Shown here: positions 1-13,653 of the stretch, piece after piece
Numbering within the stretch: the first letter of the stretch is position 1
Layout: every line of letters starts with the position of its first letter
Assembly: GCA_000165425.1 (NCBI GenBank)
Contig: CT868678.1
Coordinates: forward strand, 62,001-126,000
Source: Paramecium tetraurelia
Taxonomy: Eukaryota
Reading direction: 5' to 3'
DNA: 64,000 bases
Translations under genes and position numbers: made by a program
Notes under the pieces: generated by a model
The model's database searches: none
Told to the model about the DNA's origin: nothing
The model's input: the letters and a program-made list of their open reading frames with translations, nothing else

Positions 1-1869
1 GGTCTAATAAATTCGTAGACAATCCATGAAAGAGCCATCGTAAGTCAAAGCCAAAGAAAAAAAAGAATCCAGAGTGAGCAAAAGGTTGTCGGATTCCACA
101 ACGAAGAAAGTCATCATCCTTGTCATTTTATTACTCTTAATAATGCCTTTATTTAGTTCTGATTACTATTTTGAACCATCCTATAGTTTAGCATATGCAG
201 CTGAGTATGTAAGAGTAGTGGCTGAGATTCCAAATACAAAACTAACTGAGATCAATTAGACAATATATTTCGTGATTGATTAGCATAAATCATTTGACAC
301 GCCAGTAGGATACATTACCAACCCATTTACTGAGATAGAGAATTATGAAACCCCTTCATATTAGTATTTAAGAGAAAGTTCGAAAAGCTATTATTTTGAA
401 TTAGTAGATCCTGTATTGGTGGGTTTGGAATACATTGGTGATCCTGTCATTCTTTTTGTCTCAGATAATTCTGATGTTGAGTCTAAGAATTCAATCATCA
501 ATATTGTTAATACTTTATTTGTGAGTGCCGTATTGTTATTTGGAGCAATTGCCTTTTCTAATGATGCTAATAATGTTGCCTTGAAACCAATAGATAGGAT
601 GATAGTGAAAGTCAATTTAATAGCTAAGAATCCCTAATTGGCCAAGGAGATGAAATTAGAATCTGATGGAACTCAAAAGGAAACCACTTAGATAGAAAAT
701 GCTATCATCAAAATAGGGGCCTTGTTGGCATTGGGATTTGGTGATGCAGGTTCTGCTATTATAGGAACTAATATGGCATCATCAGGAGATGTGGATCCTA
801 TGTTACCAGGTAAACGTAAATGGGCAATTTATGGATTTTGTGATATTCGTAATTTCACTGATGCCACTGAAGTCTTGCAAAAAGATGTGATGTTGTTTGT
901 AAATAATATAGCTGAGATTGTTCATTCAATGGTGGATCGATATCAAGGATCAGCCAATAAAAACATAGGAGATGCATTCCTATTAGTTTGGAAAATCAAT
1001 GATTCTTAATGGTATGAAGATGGAAATGAAATCAAATGGTAAATATCATATTATTATTTAAGGTCCAACTTGACATTCATAAACTAATTAGCTGATTGTG
1101 CTCTAATTGCTTTCATGAAGATATATGCTAAGATCAATAGAGAACCTAAAATATTAGAATATAGAAATGATGAGAGATTAAGTCAACGTTTGCCAGGATA
1201 TAAAGTAAAGATGGGATTCGGATTGCATATAGGATGGGGCATAGAAGGTGCCATTGGATCAGAATTCAAAATTGATGCCTCTTATCTGAGTCCAAATGTT
1301 AATATGGCTTCTCGTTTAGAAGCTGCTACTAAACAATATGGTGTGGCTGTCTTAATCTCAAGCGAATTGCACCAATATTTCTCCAATGAAGTCAAGAAAT
1401 ACACCAGATAGATTGATAAAGTCACTGTTAAGGGAAGTGTCAAACCTATTGGGTTGTTCACTGTGGAGATGGAGGCTGATGATCTGCCTCCTAGCAAATA
1501 GGATTATCCTTAAGAAGAGAAGTAATAAGTGATGTATGAGAAAAAGCAAATCTTTCTTTAATAACTAGAATCTGGGGATTTCAATGCAGAATTGTATATA
1601 AAAAGAAACAAGGATCTTGGACTTATAACGAAGAATGTTAATCAAGAATTCTTGGTAATCGTATCGTTTAATTATCCTAGCATCAATTTGGCTAAGGGTT
1701 TTAAGGTTATCTCTTGGGAAATTGGAAAGAGGCCCACATGTTGTTTGAAAAAGCGAAGTAAATCAGACCTAATGATGGTCCCATAAGTACTCTATTTAAT
1801 GTAATGGGGGAAACAAATTTCAAAGCTCCTTCAGATTGGAAAGGCTATAGAGAGTTAACAGAAAAATGA
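1..1869 (+). CDS. Class III adenylyl cyclase of the ciliate/apicomplexan ion-channel-fused type (5' part outside the window)
   Basis: Ciliate-code translation gives TM segments (KKVIILVILLLLIMPLF; IVNTLFVSAVLLFGAIAF), cyclase motifs GFCDIRNFT, ANKNIGDAFLLVW and GLHIGWGIEGAIGSEFKIDASYLSPNVNMASRLE, and a C-terminal TPR-like helix. Introns 1039-1062 and 1655-1680; TGA 1867-1869. Confidence 0.92.
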
Positions 1870-1950
1870 ATATTTTAAGTCTATAATGTTCGGCATTTCT
1901 TTTGTTTCGAAATTATATATTATAAGAAAATACAATTTATAATAAGAATT

Positions 1951-4900
1951 ATGAAAGTGGAACCTCAAAGTTTGAATGAAGAGTTATTGCAATATAAATC
2001 TAAAAATTACTAATCCAAATAAAATCTAAATAGTTTATTCTTTACTCAAATCAATAAAATTATCCAATCCAAAGAAAGAATCATCTCTAATCGAGGAAAT
2101 AGAAAACACTCTAAGCGAATCTAATTACCTACCCAATGAATTGATTGGTGAGTATGATGGAGGTTTTGAGCACAATGAACCCATTTTGCTGACATTGAAG
2201 AAAATGTTTTTAAAATACTTTATCTGGATAGGATTACTTAAATTCGTCTCAGTCCTATTTTTATTCACTACCCCAGTTTTAATCAATTATTTGACAACTG
2301 CTTTGGATGAATCAGTTAATGATTTTTTAATCTATTCAGGTGCAGTTTTAGGCTCAACCTTATTGTCTGCCATTACTGATACTCAATACAATTATTAGAT
2401 TAAGATTTTAGAATTTAGATGCAAATCATTCTTGGTCCAAACTTTGTATAATTCTATTGAAGCATAATCTAATCTAGATCTTATGAATCTAATCAACATT
2501 GACGTTAATACCATCATGAATTTCTTTATAAGTTTCCACGAATTTTGGTCCTTAATCCTGAAACTGATCATTGGAATGACTATACTATATTTGTAGATCT
2601 AAGAAGCAGTCTTTGTAGGATTTGCAACAGCCATCATATTGATGTTGGTCAATTTTGCAATTGCCAATAAAATTGGTCATTATTATTCCTCTGGTCTAAT
2701 TTACAAAGACTTAAGAATGAAAGCAGTTAAAGATTTTATTTCGAATCCAAAATCTATTAAATTTCTTAAATGGGAGAACAAATGGGAATCCAAAATAATG
2801 AACATAAGAGAAAAAGAGTTTGCCATTATCGCCGGTTCGAAATGGTTGGACTCACTTTGCGTCTTATTTTGGTCTATTACTAATACGTTGATATCTTCTA
2901 TCACTTTGTACGTATATTCGAAGAATAATGATCTGGACAATGTCTTTACTATCATATACGTGTTTTCGTTATTGACAAATCCCTTGAATTCACTTCCTTG
3001 GACTTTGGCAGGAATGTTATAAGCCAAAACATCCTTTTTGAGGATTAATTCTTTTGTAATAACAAGTAAATAGAAAAACTAGTATGAGGAAGGTATAGAA
3101 ATTAATTAGGCTGAACTTAAATGGAATTTTGACAGTGATTTCACATTGAAAATACCTCATTTCAAAATTGATAATATAATGTTCATTGGAGGAAAGGTTG
3201 GATCTGGAAAATCTTCATTTTTGCTCTCACTTTTGAATCAAATGAAAGTGTAATCAGGTTTTTTCTAAGTGAATTAATCATTTTCTTATGTCTCCCAATA
3301 GAGTTGGCTTTTTAAAGGATCAATTAGGGATAATATTGTAATGTAATCAAAGTACAATGATGAATTATACAAATAGTGTTTGGTGTAAAGTAATTTAATT
3401 GACGATATCTAAAAATACCCAGAAAAAGACTTGTTTGATGTTGGACCAGATGGATCAAAGCTTTCAGGGGGATAAAAATAGCGGTTATGCATTTGTAGAG
3501 CACTGTACAATTAAAATAATATTTATCTAATGGATGATATCTTTAGTAGTTTAGACCCACAAGTAGGAGATAGCATTTTTAATAACTTATTGAAACTGAC
3601 AAAGCCAATCATATTTGCCTTAAACGATAATTATTTATAGAGATACAAAAAATACGCAGATTAGATTATAATCATTAAAGATGGTTAGGTGATACATGAC
3701 AAACAACAGATTGATATGTATTTCTAAGATTTGCAGGAATAAACTTTTGATTTGAAAGAATAAAAAGTTAATGTAGTTTAATAAGAGGCAGTATAAGATG
3801 AAGGAGAAAACTAATAGAGTGTTGAAGTTAAGAAAACCTAGCAGTCTTTGTCATTTTATTTAAAATCACTAGGCTTATTAAATTTCATATGGATATTAGT
3901 TTCATTGGCTTTAATGCAAATCTCCTTTAATGTGTATGATATATGGTTAAACACATATGTTAATGAAAATCCTTTATTTATCTTCAATAACTCGTTTGTA
4001 TTAACTTTGTTCATGTTAGTAGTGATCGATATTTTTATTAAATTATCAAGGGCTGTGTCTTTTGCTTATGGCAATTTAGTGTAAGCAAAGAAAATATTTA
4101 TTTAATTGTTGAGTCATGTGATTCACGCAAAATGTTCTTTCTTTGATGCTGAAGAGAGCGGAGAGATCTTAATAAGATTCTCGGATGATCAGAATGTTGT
4201 GGACAATAGATTTCCATTCGAATTGAATTTATTGTGCAATAATGTCTTTAATTTTATTGGAACCTTTATTGTATTGGTAGTTCTATAATACTATTTGATA
4301 TTGCCTGTAGTGGTGTCAGCATTGGTGTTTTACAGATTATAATAGTTATATAGGCCAACGAGTTTGTCATTGCGTCGATTAGATGCAGAGACTAATTCAA
4401 ATTTGGCGACTTCGATTTTCGAGTAATTCAAAGGGATTCTCACTATAAATGCATTCAACAAGAGGGAGGAGTTTAGAAGTATTTTTATATGATAAATCTT
4501 AAGATATCTTTCTACGCAAATTAACTTAGGCAACATAAGTGCAATGGTGTAGTAGAGTGATTGCATTGTGGTTATAGATACGATTACAATTAGTTGCAGG
4601 TTTCATCGTATTATTTATACTATTATTTACTGCTTTGAGTCTACTTTATGAATTGCCTATCAGTAAATCAACTTTGTAATTATTGTTATATTATTCATTA
4701 ACAAAGATCAGTTTATTTAGGGATTTGACATTATCCTTGACTACTTGTGAATAAGAACTAGTATCATATGAAAGACAAAACAAGTATTGCAGTCATTCCA
4801 TAGAACAAGATAAATGTCTTGATTATTCGGAGGAGATCAAGTTTAAGGAAATTAAATTACAGTACTTTAATGGGCAATTGGCTTTGAAAGGAATAAATCT

Positions 4901-5468
4901 GGAGATTGAGAAGGGCAAAAGAGTGGCATTTTGTGGGAGGACAGGCAGTGGCAAATCATCAATTCTGGCAGTGCTATTTCAATTATACGAACAAACTGAT
5001 GGAGATTTGTCTGTGCCATCTCAATAACTATTTGAATGGAGAAACAAAGTTGGTGTCATTCCTTAGTTAGGATTTGTATTTGATGGCACTTTGAGTGAGA
5101 ACCTGGATTGTTCGGATTAAAATCTGATTTCAAAATACATTTCCATGGATGGCAACTCTTAGATAGACTCAAATTCAATTTCGTAGGGGATGAGACAATT
5201 GATTTCATTCTCGAGAGTTGTCTTATAAAATCCTGATATTATTTGCTTGGATGAAGCCACTGCAAGTGTGGATTAATAGGTTGAGGATTTCATTCAATAA
5301 TATTTGAGGGATTGTGGAAAAACTATAATTACCATCTCGCATAGATTAGAAGCATTAAAGGATTATGATCGGATCTACTATCTGGAGAATGGGTTAATAG
5401 TTGAATAAGGTACATTCTAAGAATTGGTTGAATTAGGAGGGGGATTTGCAAATTTGAGAAATTGCTGA
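1951..5468 (+). CDS. ABC transporter, ABCC/MRP family (TMD-NBD-TMD-NBD); 5' end ambiguous (ATG 1951 with a frameshift, or ATG 1976)
   Basis: Walker A GKVGSGKS and GRTGSGKS, signature LSGGQKQR, Walker B IYLMDD and IICLDEATA, two TM blocks. Intron 4479-4503; TGA 5466-5468. Confidence 0.9.
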
Positions 5469-5536
5469 GTTTTTTTATCTATCATCACAACAATAATTAT
5501 TTATTTTCTAAATTATACGAAAATACTCTTATTTGT

Positions 5537-8500
5537 ATGAAATCCACAGTCCAAGATAAAGAAAGATAGAAGATTAAACCAAATTAGAATATTAACATAG
5601 AACATTGCATCGTTAAAACAGTGTCAGACACCTTTAAGACATTTTTTGATTCTAAAATTAAAGAATATGGAATGCCAACCTACATAACTATGAATTCAGA
5701 ATTTGTATTTGTTGGAATGGATTAGGCCTATGTTGTTATATTTAGATAAGTATAGAAATTTAACAATCTAGGATTGCAATTATACTCAAAGCCATAAAGT
5801 ACTTGGAAATGAATTCCAAATAAGTAGGGGAAGGGTTAAAATGATACATATCTCCATAGATGGATAACTTTTACTAGTGGTTTATTCTAATGATTAATTT
5901 GTAATATATAATCTCAAAGTAATGGCAGACATTTTATTTAGTCTTTTATCGAGATCTTTGGTTGTAGACTTAAACTTGTGAAAAACATTAAAATTGTGCC
6001 ATTGACAAATCAATGTCTATACTACGAATTAATCGTTCAATTAGATAACAATTACATTATAAAGATGCCTTTAGATTTAAATAATACAGGATAGTTTAAT
6101 AATACAGGATAGTTTGAATTTGAATTAGGAATACCAATATATAAGGTCGGAATGTTATGCGAAAAATAGCAGTTCGAAGAAATAAAAACAGCAGTAAGAA
6201 ATACTTGTTAATAATTAAGTCGATAGTTGAGGAGGATTACATTGCTCCTATGTCTTAAATAATATAAGATTTATCAATTATGGATACTAGTTATTAGGAG
6301 CATATCTAATGTATGGATGATAATGACAAATTGACTTAGATAGATAATAAAGCGAAAACGAGTAGAATTATCTAATCCAAGTATTTGATGGCTGTGGCAT
6401 TCACAAACAGAGTCTAGGTTATATAGCTGCATTTTGGAGCCAAATTAAATCAAGAAGAATCAAAAATTTAACTATTGCTAAACTTTTTGAGACCAGATGC
6501 ATTTATTTATAATTTGGTATTTAATCAACCTTATCCAAATACATTTGAATCCTAACAGTTGTCCATTTAATGTTCTTGTACTTGGGGATTGGGCAATTTC
6601 AAAGAAACTAATAAAAGATATGTATTACTGATAATCAATTGGGGATGCAGGGAATATTATGCATTCAAAGTTATGTCAAGCAATTCAAATATTTAAGTCA
6701 TTTAAGGTGGTCATTTTTACAATGCCATAGATTTTGCTACACTTTACACTTTTCCTTTGACTTGCAAGTTTATAACTAATTCAATCTTTTTATCCTTTGT
6801 TGTAAATAATATTGATGGCCTCATTTCAACTAAATTGAAATTAATGACTACTTCGTAATTTGAGTATGGAGTACCATTTACTCTAAGTTAAATAGAAAAG
6901 CATTACAATTAGGAGAAATAGATACAAAATCTATCAAATGGGTAATATCAACCAAAATTTAGCTAATATGTTAGTGAAAATAAATAATAAGTTATTATTA
7001 GCTAAGGCATTTTAGACTCGATATAGGATGGTTATCAAATTTCAAATGATATCATCATGAATTTCAATTAATTGCATTCCAATTGTACATATCGTATCAT
7101 TATTATTCTAGTGCAAATAACCTTTGAGAATGGATTATGCAATATATTGAATGGCACTGATTTGTATACAATTCGATTAAAGAAATGGGATGAATACTTA
7201 ATTGAATTGAGTAAGAATGAAGAATGGGATAAGTGTTTTGAAACAGCCTTTAGCATTCATAAGGGTTATCTGACACTTCTATGTGATATCCCTGAAAATG
7301 ACACTCAAAGACACAAGTACATTTAGGATATATGCGGCAATTTGGGATTGCAATATATAATGACCTAATTAATTAAAAACTAATAAATAAATAATACATG
7401 TATATAAAAGGTTATTTAGTTTTTCATTAAAACTCAAAATGAAGAGCAATTATTTGATTAAATTGAAACCTTTATGGTGAGTAATGGCTATGGCAATATA
7501 TTCTATGATAGTTTGAAGGACTTAATAAAACAGTTCCATGTAAACATCCCATATCAAAATCAACTAAAAGTCTTGAGAAGATTCTCAGATATGAACGAGA
7601 AGGATATATGCCAACGAATTATTTTCTCAATCTAAAACATTTAGTAATTCGACCCCAAGAAATTAATAGAATTCTGTTAGGAAAAAGATTTAATAGAACC
7701 GTTAATATACGTATGCTCACAGTTTAACGACTTTTTAACACCATATTTGAGGATACTTACTCTGATCACAGTGTTGTCAGACAGTCATCATTCGAATTAG
7801 ACTGAGAAGAGCGGCATAACTTCACTGACGCTGGAGTAACTAAAAGTTAGTCTATTTGGGTAATTTTTGGATAATAATTAGTTTTCTTTAGTTTTGTTTT
7901 ACTGGTCAAAATTAATAGAAGCCTGAACTCTTTTTCACTGATAAATAATTTAAATCTATGTTCAAAGATTTATTTGAATATTTATTTGATTTTAAAAATG
8001 TAGAAAAGCTATTAGAAATAGATTATCAAAAATCCTTACAAGTTTTTCTATTGGTTTTTTCGGAAAGGATCTAGGATAATTTGAGACAGTATATTAATGA
8101 AGGAAAGCAAATAAAAATCTAGATGAGCAAGAGTGTTTAGGAGGGGTTCTTACCGGAAATCCTGAGTAATTAAGTGATTATTAATAATTTATAGATTTGG
8201 AGTAGACTGAAATTCATTTGCAAGTATTATCGAGGATTTATGTTTTGATTAAAATTGCAGAGATGACATATTTTGGTAAACTCAACAATAAGAAGGAAAT
8301 TGAAAAATTCTTATAATACTCATATGCATTTTCTTCGAATATCTTTGCAATTTGTTCTTTTAGATTTAACAGCAATCACATCTTGATCAATCTGTTAAAC
8401 TACATGGATATTTTGAGGTTGGAAGAGTCCACCTTGTTTGACATTACTTGGGTTCTGAGAGGGAGAGTGCAAAAGGACTTGCCTGATGAAGTGATACGGA

Positions 8501-9013
8501 ATGAGTTTTTGGATAGGGTGATGAAGAAATTGGATAAGTCATTGGAAGGGTAATACATGATATTGGAGGAATTGCGAGAGAAGGCGTAGGAAAGGAAATG
8601 GTATGCTTTGAATATAGTAGAATAGGGTTTTGATGGAGGGATGTTGTTTGATAAAAATGAAACGAATTCCTGAGGCTCTGTATCTGTATTTAAGTCACCC
8701 GGATTGGATGCTATCTGAGAAGGTGTTTGGTGTGTTGGCAGATTAATTAAGATTGGAGAAGCAGGAGGAGTTCATTGAAGATTGGGTTTTTAAGAATTTA
8801 GGGATTCTTGGGTGTGAGAACAGTTAAAAGCTGTTTAATTTGTTGTACACTTACAAGAGGGAGGATATTGGGAGGGTGTTGATGGAATTAAAAAAGGTAG
8901 ATGTTGTGAAAGTGGACAAAAAGATGGGGAGGGAGCAAGAGATGAATCTATTTATTGAGTTTTTAGAATATTTAAAACCTCGTATGTAAATTGATGTTTC
9001 GAAGTACTTGTGA
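5537..9013 (+). CDS. VPS8: Vps8-like CORVET subunit (divergent)
   Basis: N-terminal propeller-like start (YGMPTYITMNSEFVFVG) and Vps8-type segments LKKWDEYLIELSKNEEWDKCFETAFSIHKG and FDPKKLIEFCQEKDLIEPLIYVCSQFNDFLTP. Several short introns; TGA 9011-9013. Confidence 0.65.
6080..6115 (+). repeat. Perfect 18-bp tandem duplication inside the Vps8-like CDS (NNTGQF x2)
   Basis: aataatacaggatagttt occurs twice, back to back and in frame. Confidence 0.9.
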
Positions 9014-9078
9014 GATATATAATTTGGCCATTATGATTGATTTTTTGATTATTAAATTATTTTATATAAAAAAAGAGG

Positions 9079-10215
9079 ATGGGCAACTGCACGGGAATTT
9101 GTGGTAAGGATATGGTGGCTCAAACAATTGAGGATAAGAAACAAAAGTTAGATATGGAAGAATAGTAGCAAATGGAGATAGCTTTGGCTGTTGAAGATGT
9201 GCCATAGGATGATGCTCAATAGTAAGCTCAACCAAAAGAGGAGAATTTGGATGAATTAAAGTAGGAACAGCAGCATGATGACAAATAGAAAAATGAGTCC
9301 TATCATGAAAAAGTGAAACAAGTGGAAAGCAACGAAGCTTCAGTTAATCCTCATAAAGATAGTTAAAATAATCAACAGCCAGTTCCTGATGAATAGAAGG
9401 AGTATGAACCAGTAACTTTGGAGACAGGTAATTCCTTCGATTTAATTAAAAGGTGCCACTTATGCAGGCTAATGGAGAGGGAAAATGAGATGGGGTTGGG
9501 GAAAATAAGTTTGGCCAGATGGTAATTATTACTATCTCATCTTTAGGCTCTGTATATGAAGGATACTGGCAGAATGATAAGGCATGTGGCAAGGGCAAAT
9601 TAATACATGCTGACGGAGATGTCTATGAAGGTGAATGGCTTAATGACAAAGCAAACGGAGAGGGCAAATACATTCACAACAATGGAGCTCAATATGTAGG
9701 ATTTTGGAAGGATGATAAATAACATGGAAATGGTAAGGAGACTTGGCCAGATGGAGCACATTACGAAGGATAGTATGAGGAAGGAAAGAAACATGGAAAA
9801 GGGAAATTAGTCTTTGCTGACGGTTCTATGTATGAAGGATAGTTTGATAACAATGATATACATGGATATGGTGTTTATGTCTGGGCTGACAATAGAAAAT
9901 ACTAAGGCGAATGGAAGAGGAACAAAATGCATGGTAGAGGAACTACAACCTGGCCAGATGGTCGTAGTTACGAGGGAGAGTAATTATTATTAGTTAATAT
10001 TGATCAGTTACGAAGATGATAAGAAACACGGATAGGGCACATTCATTTGGAGTGATGGTAGAAAATATATAGGAGAATGGAAAAAAGGGAAATAACATGG
10101 CAAAGGAATCTTTGTTAAACCAGGAGGAGAATAAAGAGAAGGAGAATGGATTGATGGTAGAAGGTAAAGATGGTTGGATGAAGCTGCTGGTGATGGACAT
10201 AATGCTAATAATTGA
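9079..10215 (+). CDS. MORN-repeat protein with a predicted N-terminal acylation motif
   Basis: Begins [10 protein letters not shown], then a Q/E-rich linker and about 9-10 repeats of Y-x-G-x-W-x4-x-HG-x-G. Three tiny introns; TGA 10213-10215. Confidence 0.9.
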
Positions 10216-10979
10216 TAATAAAGATATATTTAAATTCCAATTTAACTTTCTTATTATAAACTTAAATAATTTTGAAATGCTGTAATTTATAAATTAATCA
10301 TGATTTTTATTATCTCCCCATTGTTTTAACTAGAAAGATTTTTCTTAATTCCTAGACGCATTCTCTATCAAATATGTAAAGAACCATATTTATTTGAGAT
10401 TTCTTTAATATTCATACTCTAATTCTTGAGATATCTTGAATTATTTTCCTACTATCAAAATATACCTTAACTTTAAGAACCTTATTTCTTCTGAACACCT
10501 AAATAGAATAATTAGCTCCATATGATAAGTTTTATTTATTTCGTAAGATGTAGAATCACAAAGTGATTTCTAATTTAACAAATAATCCAAAACATAGGAA
10601 ATATTATAACAAAATCTCTTAAATAGTTAAAATTATAACACTTTTATTTATATTAAATACAAAAAATTTTTAGATACATATGTATCTTAATTAATTTGGT
10701 TATCAAATTTGTACATAAGAGTTTGAATAATATTTTTGTGAATTGAAGGAGGAAACTCTAATAAGGGATAATGAGGTAAAACATTTAAATTGGAATAAGA
10801 AAGTTAACATAACTAATTTGGCACTAAAAGATAAAAGGACAAATGAGTTTTAAACGATAATAAAGCTTAAACATGTTATTAATAAATGATGTCATATTTA
10901 TTATAAAGCATATCTTTTCTGTGCTATTATATATGCAAAAATTTTTGTTGCAAATTAATTATTAAAAAAATAAAGATAT

Positions 10980-13628
10980 ATGTCATAAGCTAAAGGATAG
11001 ACAAGCACATTTAAAATCCTACCTTACCATTTCATCCACGTTTTGGATTGCAATACAAACGTGACAAGAGTTGAGGTTGGACCATAGACCTTCATTCGTC
11101 AAGATCATGAATAAGTAAGAAACAAATAACAACAAAGGTAACATCTGGATAACAACCCTAAAAAATGATTGTGTTGCCAAAGTAGCATTATTGTATAATT
11201 GAAAACCCCATCGTGAAGGATAAGGATGGTTAACCAGCCAAGGATAGATATTGGTAAAGCTCATAATCATCCATTTAGTCAATTTGTTGTTCTCCATGGC
11301 GAGCGAGAGATTCGTTTCTTTGATAAGTATAGCACTCCATTTCCCCTGTATCCTAAGGAAAACCTGATTCAACAGCCCACAAAATTGACTGTCGTGAAAG
11401 AAGGAAGTGCTTTGAAGATTGAGGCACAACGGAATTTTAAAAGAGGAGAAAATGAAATGTATCTTTTTAATACTATAATAACGTAGTTTGGCTGGAGATC
11501 AGTATCTATTCAAAGGCCCAGCAACCTATTACCCAAGAATCGAAGAAAAAATACTTGGATAAATTGATTCCATTCTTATAAAGGAGAATTAAGCAATTCT
11601 TATTCGAGCAAAACAGGAGGAAACAGATTCCAATGGAGTAGTCAGAAAATCTGGAGAGCAATGGTTGATTAGAACTCCTGGATACTATCTGCCTCAAGTT
11701 TATGAAGAGTTTGTCAAGATAATTGATGCTGAGATTTTGGACAATCGAAAGGCTTTGCATTTAAAAGCAATTCAGACTTTCAAAGATGTTTATTGTAAAT
11801 GAAATGTGTTATTTCTTAATAGCCGTTGAGAGAAAGGCAGGAGAGGAATACCTGATAACATCTGAACAGACATCAGCACACATTGTCGATGTGTTTGAAG
11901 AGTTAGTTACAGTGATAAATTTGACTGTCTTAGATCCAAGACAATATTGTATAATAGAGAATCCATTTGATTTTGAAACCCAAAGAAACAAATTTGGATC
12001 CAAAGTGCTTGTTGAAGGTCCAAGAAGTTTTTTCCTTAGACCCAATGAATCTTTGCAATATGGAATTCAAGATTCCTACATCTTATCAGAGGATCAAGCC
12101 TTACTGTTGAGAGCAAAAGAGAAATGCAAATTCACTGAAAAGAAGTTGGCTAAGAACAATCAATTTGAAGAAGTTGAAGTGGAGTATGAACCAGGTAATA
12201 AATGGATGATTCATGGACCATGCATCTACACACCTCCCATTGTAGTGGAAGTGATTGAGAAGAGAGAGAGAATTCCTCTTGACAAGAATGAAGGTGTGTA
12301 TGTCAGAGACACAAGAACAGGTTAAGTGAGAACTGTCTTTGGTGAATCCTATATGTTGAAATCCCATGAGGAATTATGGTCTATGGAATTGCCAAACAAC
12401 GTTGATATAATTGTTGTCATCTCAATATTTCCATACAGGTGGAAAGAGAGACAAATGGAAGGTTGTTAGTTACAGAGCTCCCTTCAATACCTCAGTGTAG
12501 GTTTATGATTACAAGACCAAGAAGACAAGAATAGTATTTGGTCCTGCTTTGGTATGTTTAGAACCAGATGAAGTATTTACTCAATTATCCTTGTCTGGTA
12601 AAACACCAAAGACTCCTGGTGTTGTCAATACATTACATGTTATGATGGGTCCAGAATTCTCCACTGATGAAATCACTGTTGAAACATCCGATCATGCTGT
12701 CTTGAAATTACTCTTAGCTTACAATTGGAGATTTAAGGTAGATGAAAACAACATTGAATCTGCCTCCAAGATCTTTGCAGTCAAAGATTTCATTGGAGAT
12801 CTCTGCAATCAAATGGCTTCGAAAGTCAGAGCTGCTGTTGCCTCTGTTGTCTTCGATAAATTCCATAAGACCTCTGCCAAACTCATTAGAACAGCCATCT
12901 TTGGCACTGATGAAAATGGCAAAATCAGAAAGGAATATCTGATGGTGAAGAATAATCTAGTCATTACTAATGTAGATATCAAAACAGTCGAACCAGTGGA
13001 CAACCAAACTAGATAGAGTCTTCAAAGATCCGTTTCTTTGGCTATTGAAATATCAACCAAGAAATAGGAGTAGGCTGCTTAACACGTTGCTGAATAACAA
13101 GAACAATAAGCTTAGGGTGAATTAGATCAATTGAGAATTGAAGACGATCTCAAAGCAGAAGCTGCTAAATAGAAATTGCTTGAAATGGAAAACAAATCAC
13201 AAGAAGTTACATAATAAGGATCTGCCATTGCAGACGCTGAAGCCATCGCCAAGGCTGAACAAATCAAAGCATAAAAGGAATATGAGTTAGCTCAATTGAG
13301 AGCTAGAGCCAATAAGATTGAAAAGGAAGCTGCATTGAAACAAAAATAAAAGGAACAAGATCAAAATATCAAGTATGAATAAGAGAAGGCTGAACTTGAA
13401 ATCCGAAGAGCCAAAGAACTAGCTACAATAGAATCCAATAAGTTTGAGCAAATCATCGAAGCCTTAGGACAAGATACTCTCATTGCCATGGCCAATGCAG
13501 GACCAGAAATGCAAGCTGAGTTGCTTAAGGGATTGGGATTGTAAGGTTACATCTTCACCGATGGAAACAACCCAATAAATTTATTCAATGGAGCCCAACA
13601 ATTAATCGGAGGAGCATTGCCATAATGA
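10980..13628 (+). CDS. MVP: Major vault protein
   Basis: ILPYHFIHVLDCNTNVTRVEVGPQTFIRQDHE, vault repeats (GEQWLIRTPGYYLP, IPLDKNEGVYVRDTRTG), shoulder GPEFSTDEITVETSDHAVLKLLLAYNWRF, cap helix and C-terminal AGPEMQAELLKGLGLQGYIFTDGNNPINLF. Four 23-28 nt introns (first 11115-11137); TGA 13626-13628. Confidence 0.96.
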
Positions 13629-13653
13629 TATTATACATAAATCATTAAAAACA

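Noticed and set aside
10216..10979. Possible vault RNA or other Pol III gene upstream of MVP
   Set aside because: No box A/box B elements or stable GC stem seen; the sequence is uniformly AT-rich.
11019..13003. Minus-strand ORFs from the track overlapping MVP (e.g. 11019-11429, 12101-12367)
   Set aside because: Antisense shadows of a well-supported plus-strand gene; no recognisable motifs.
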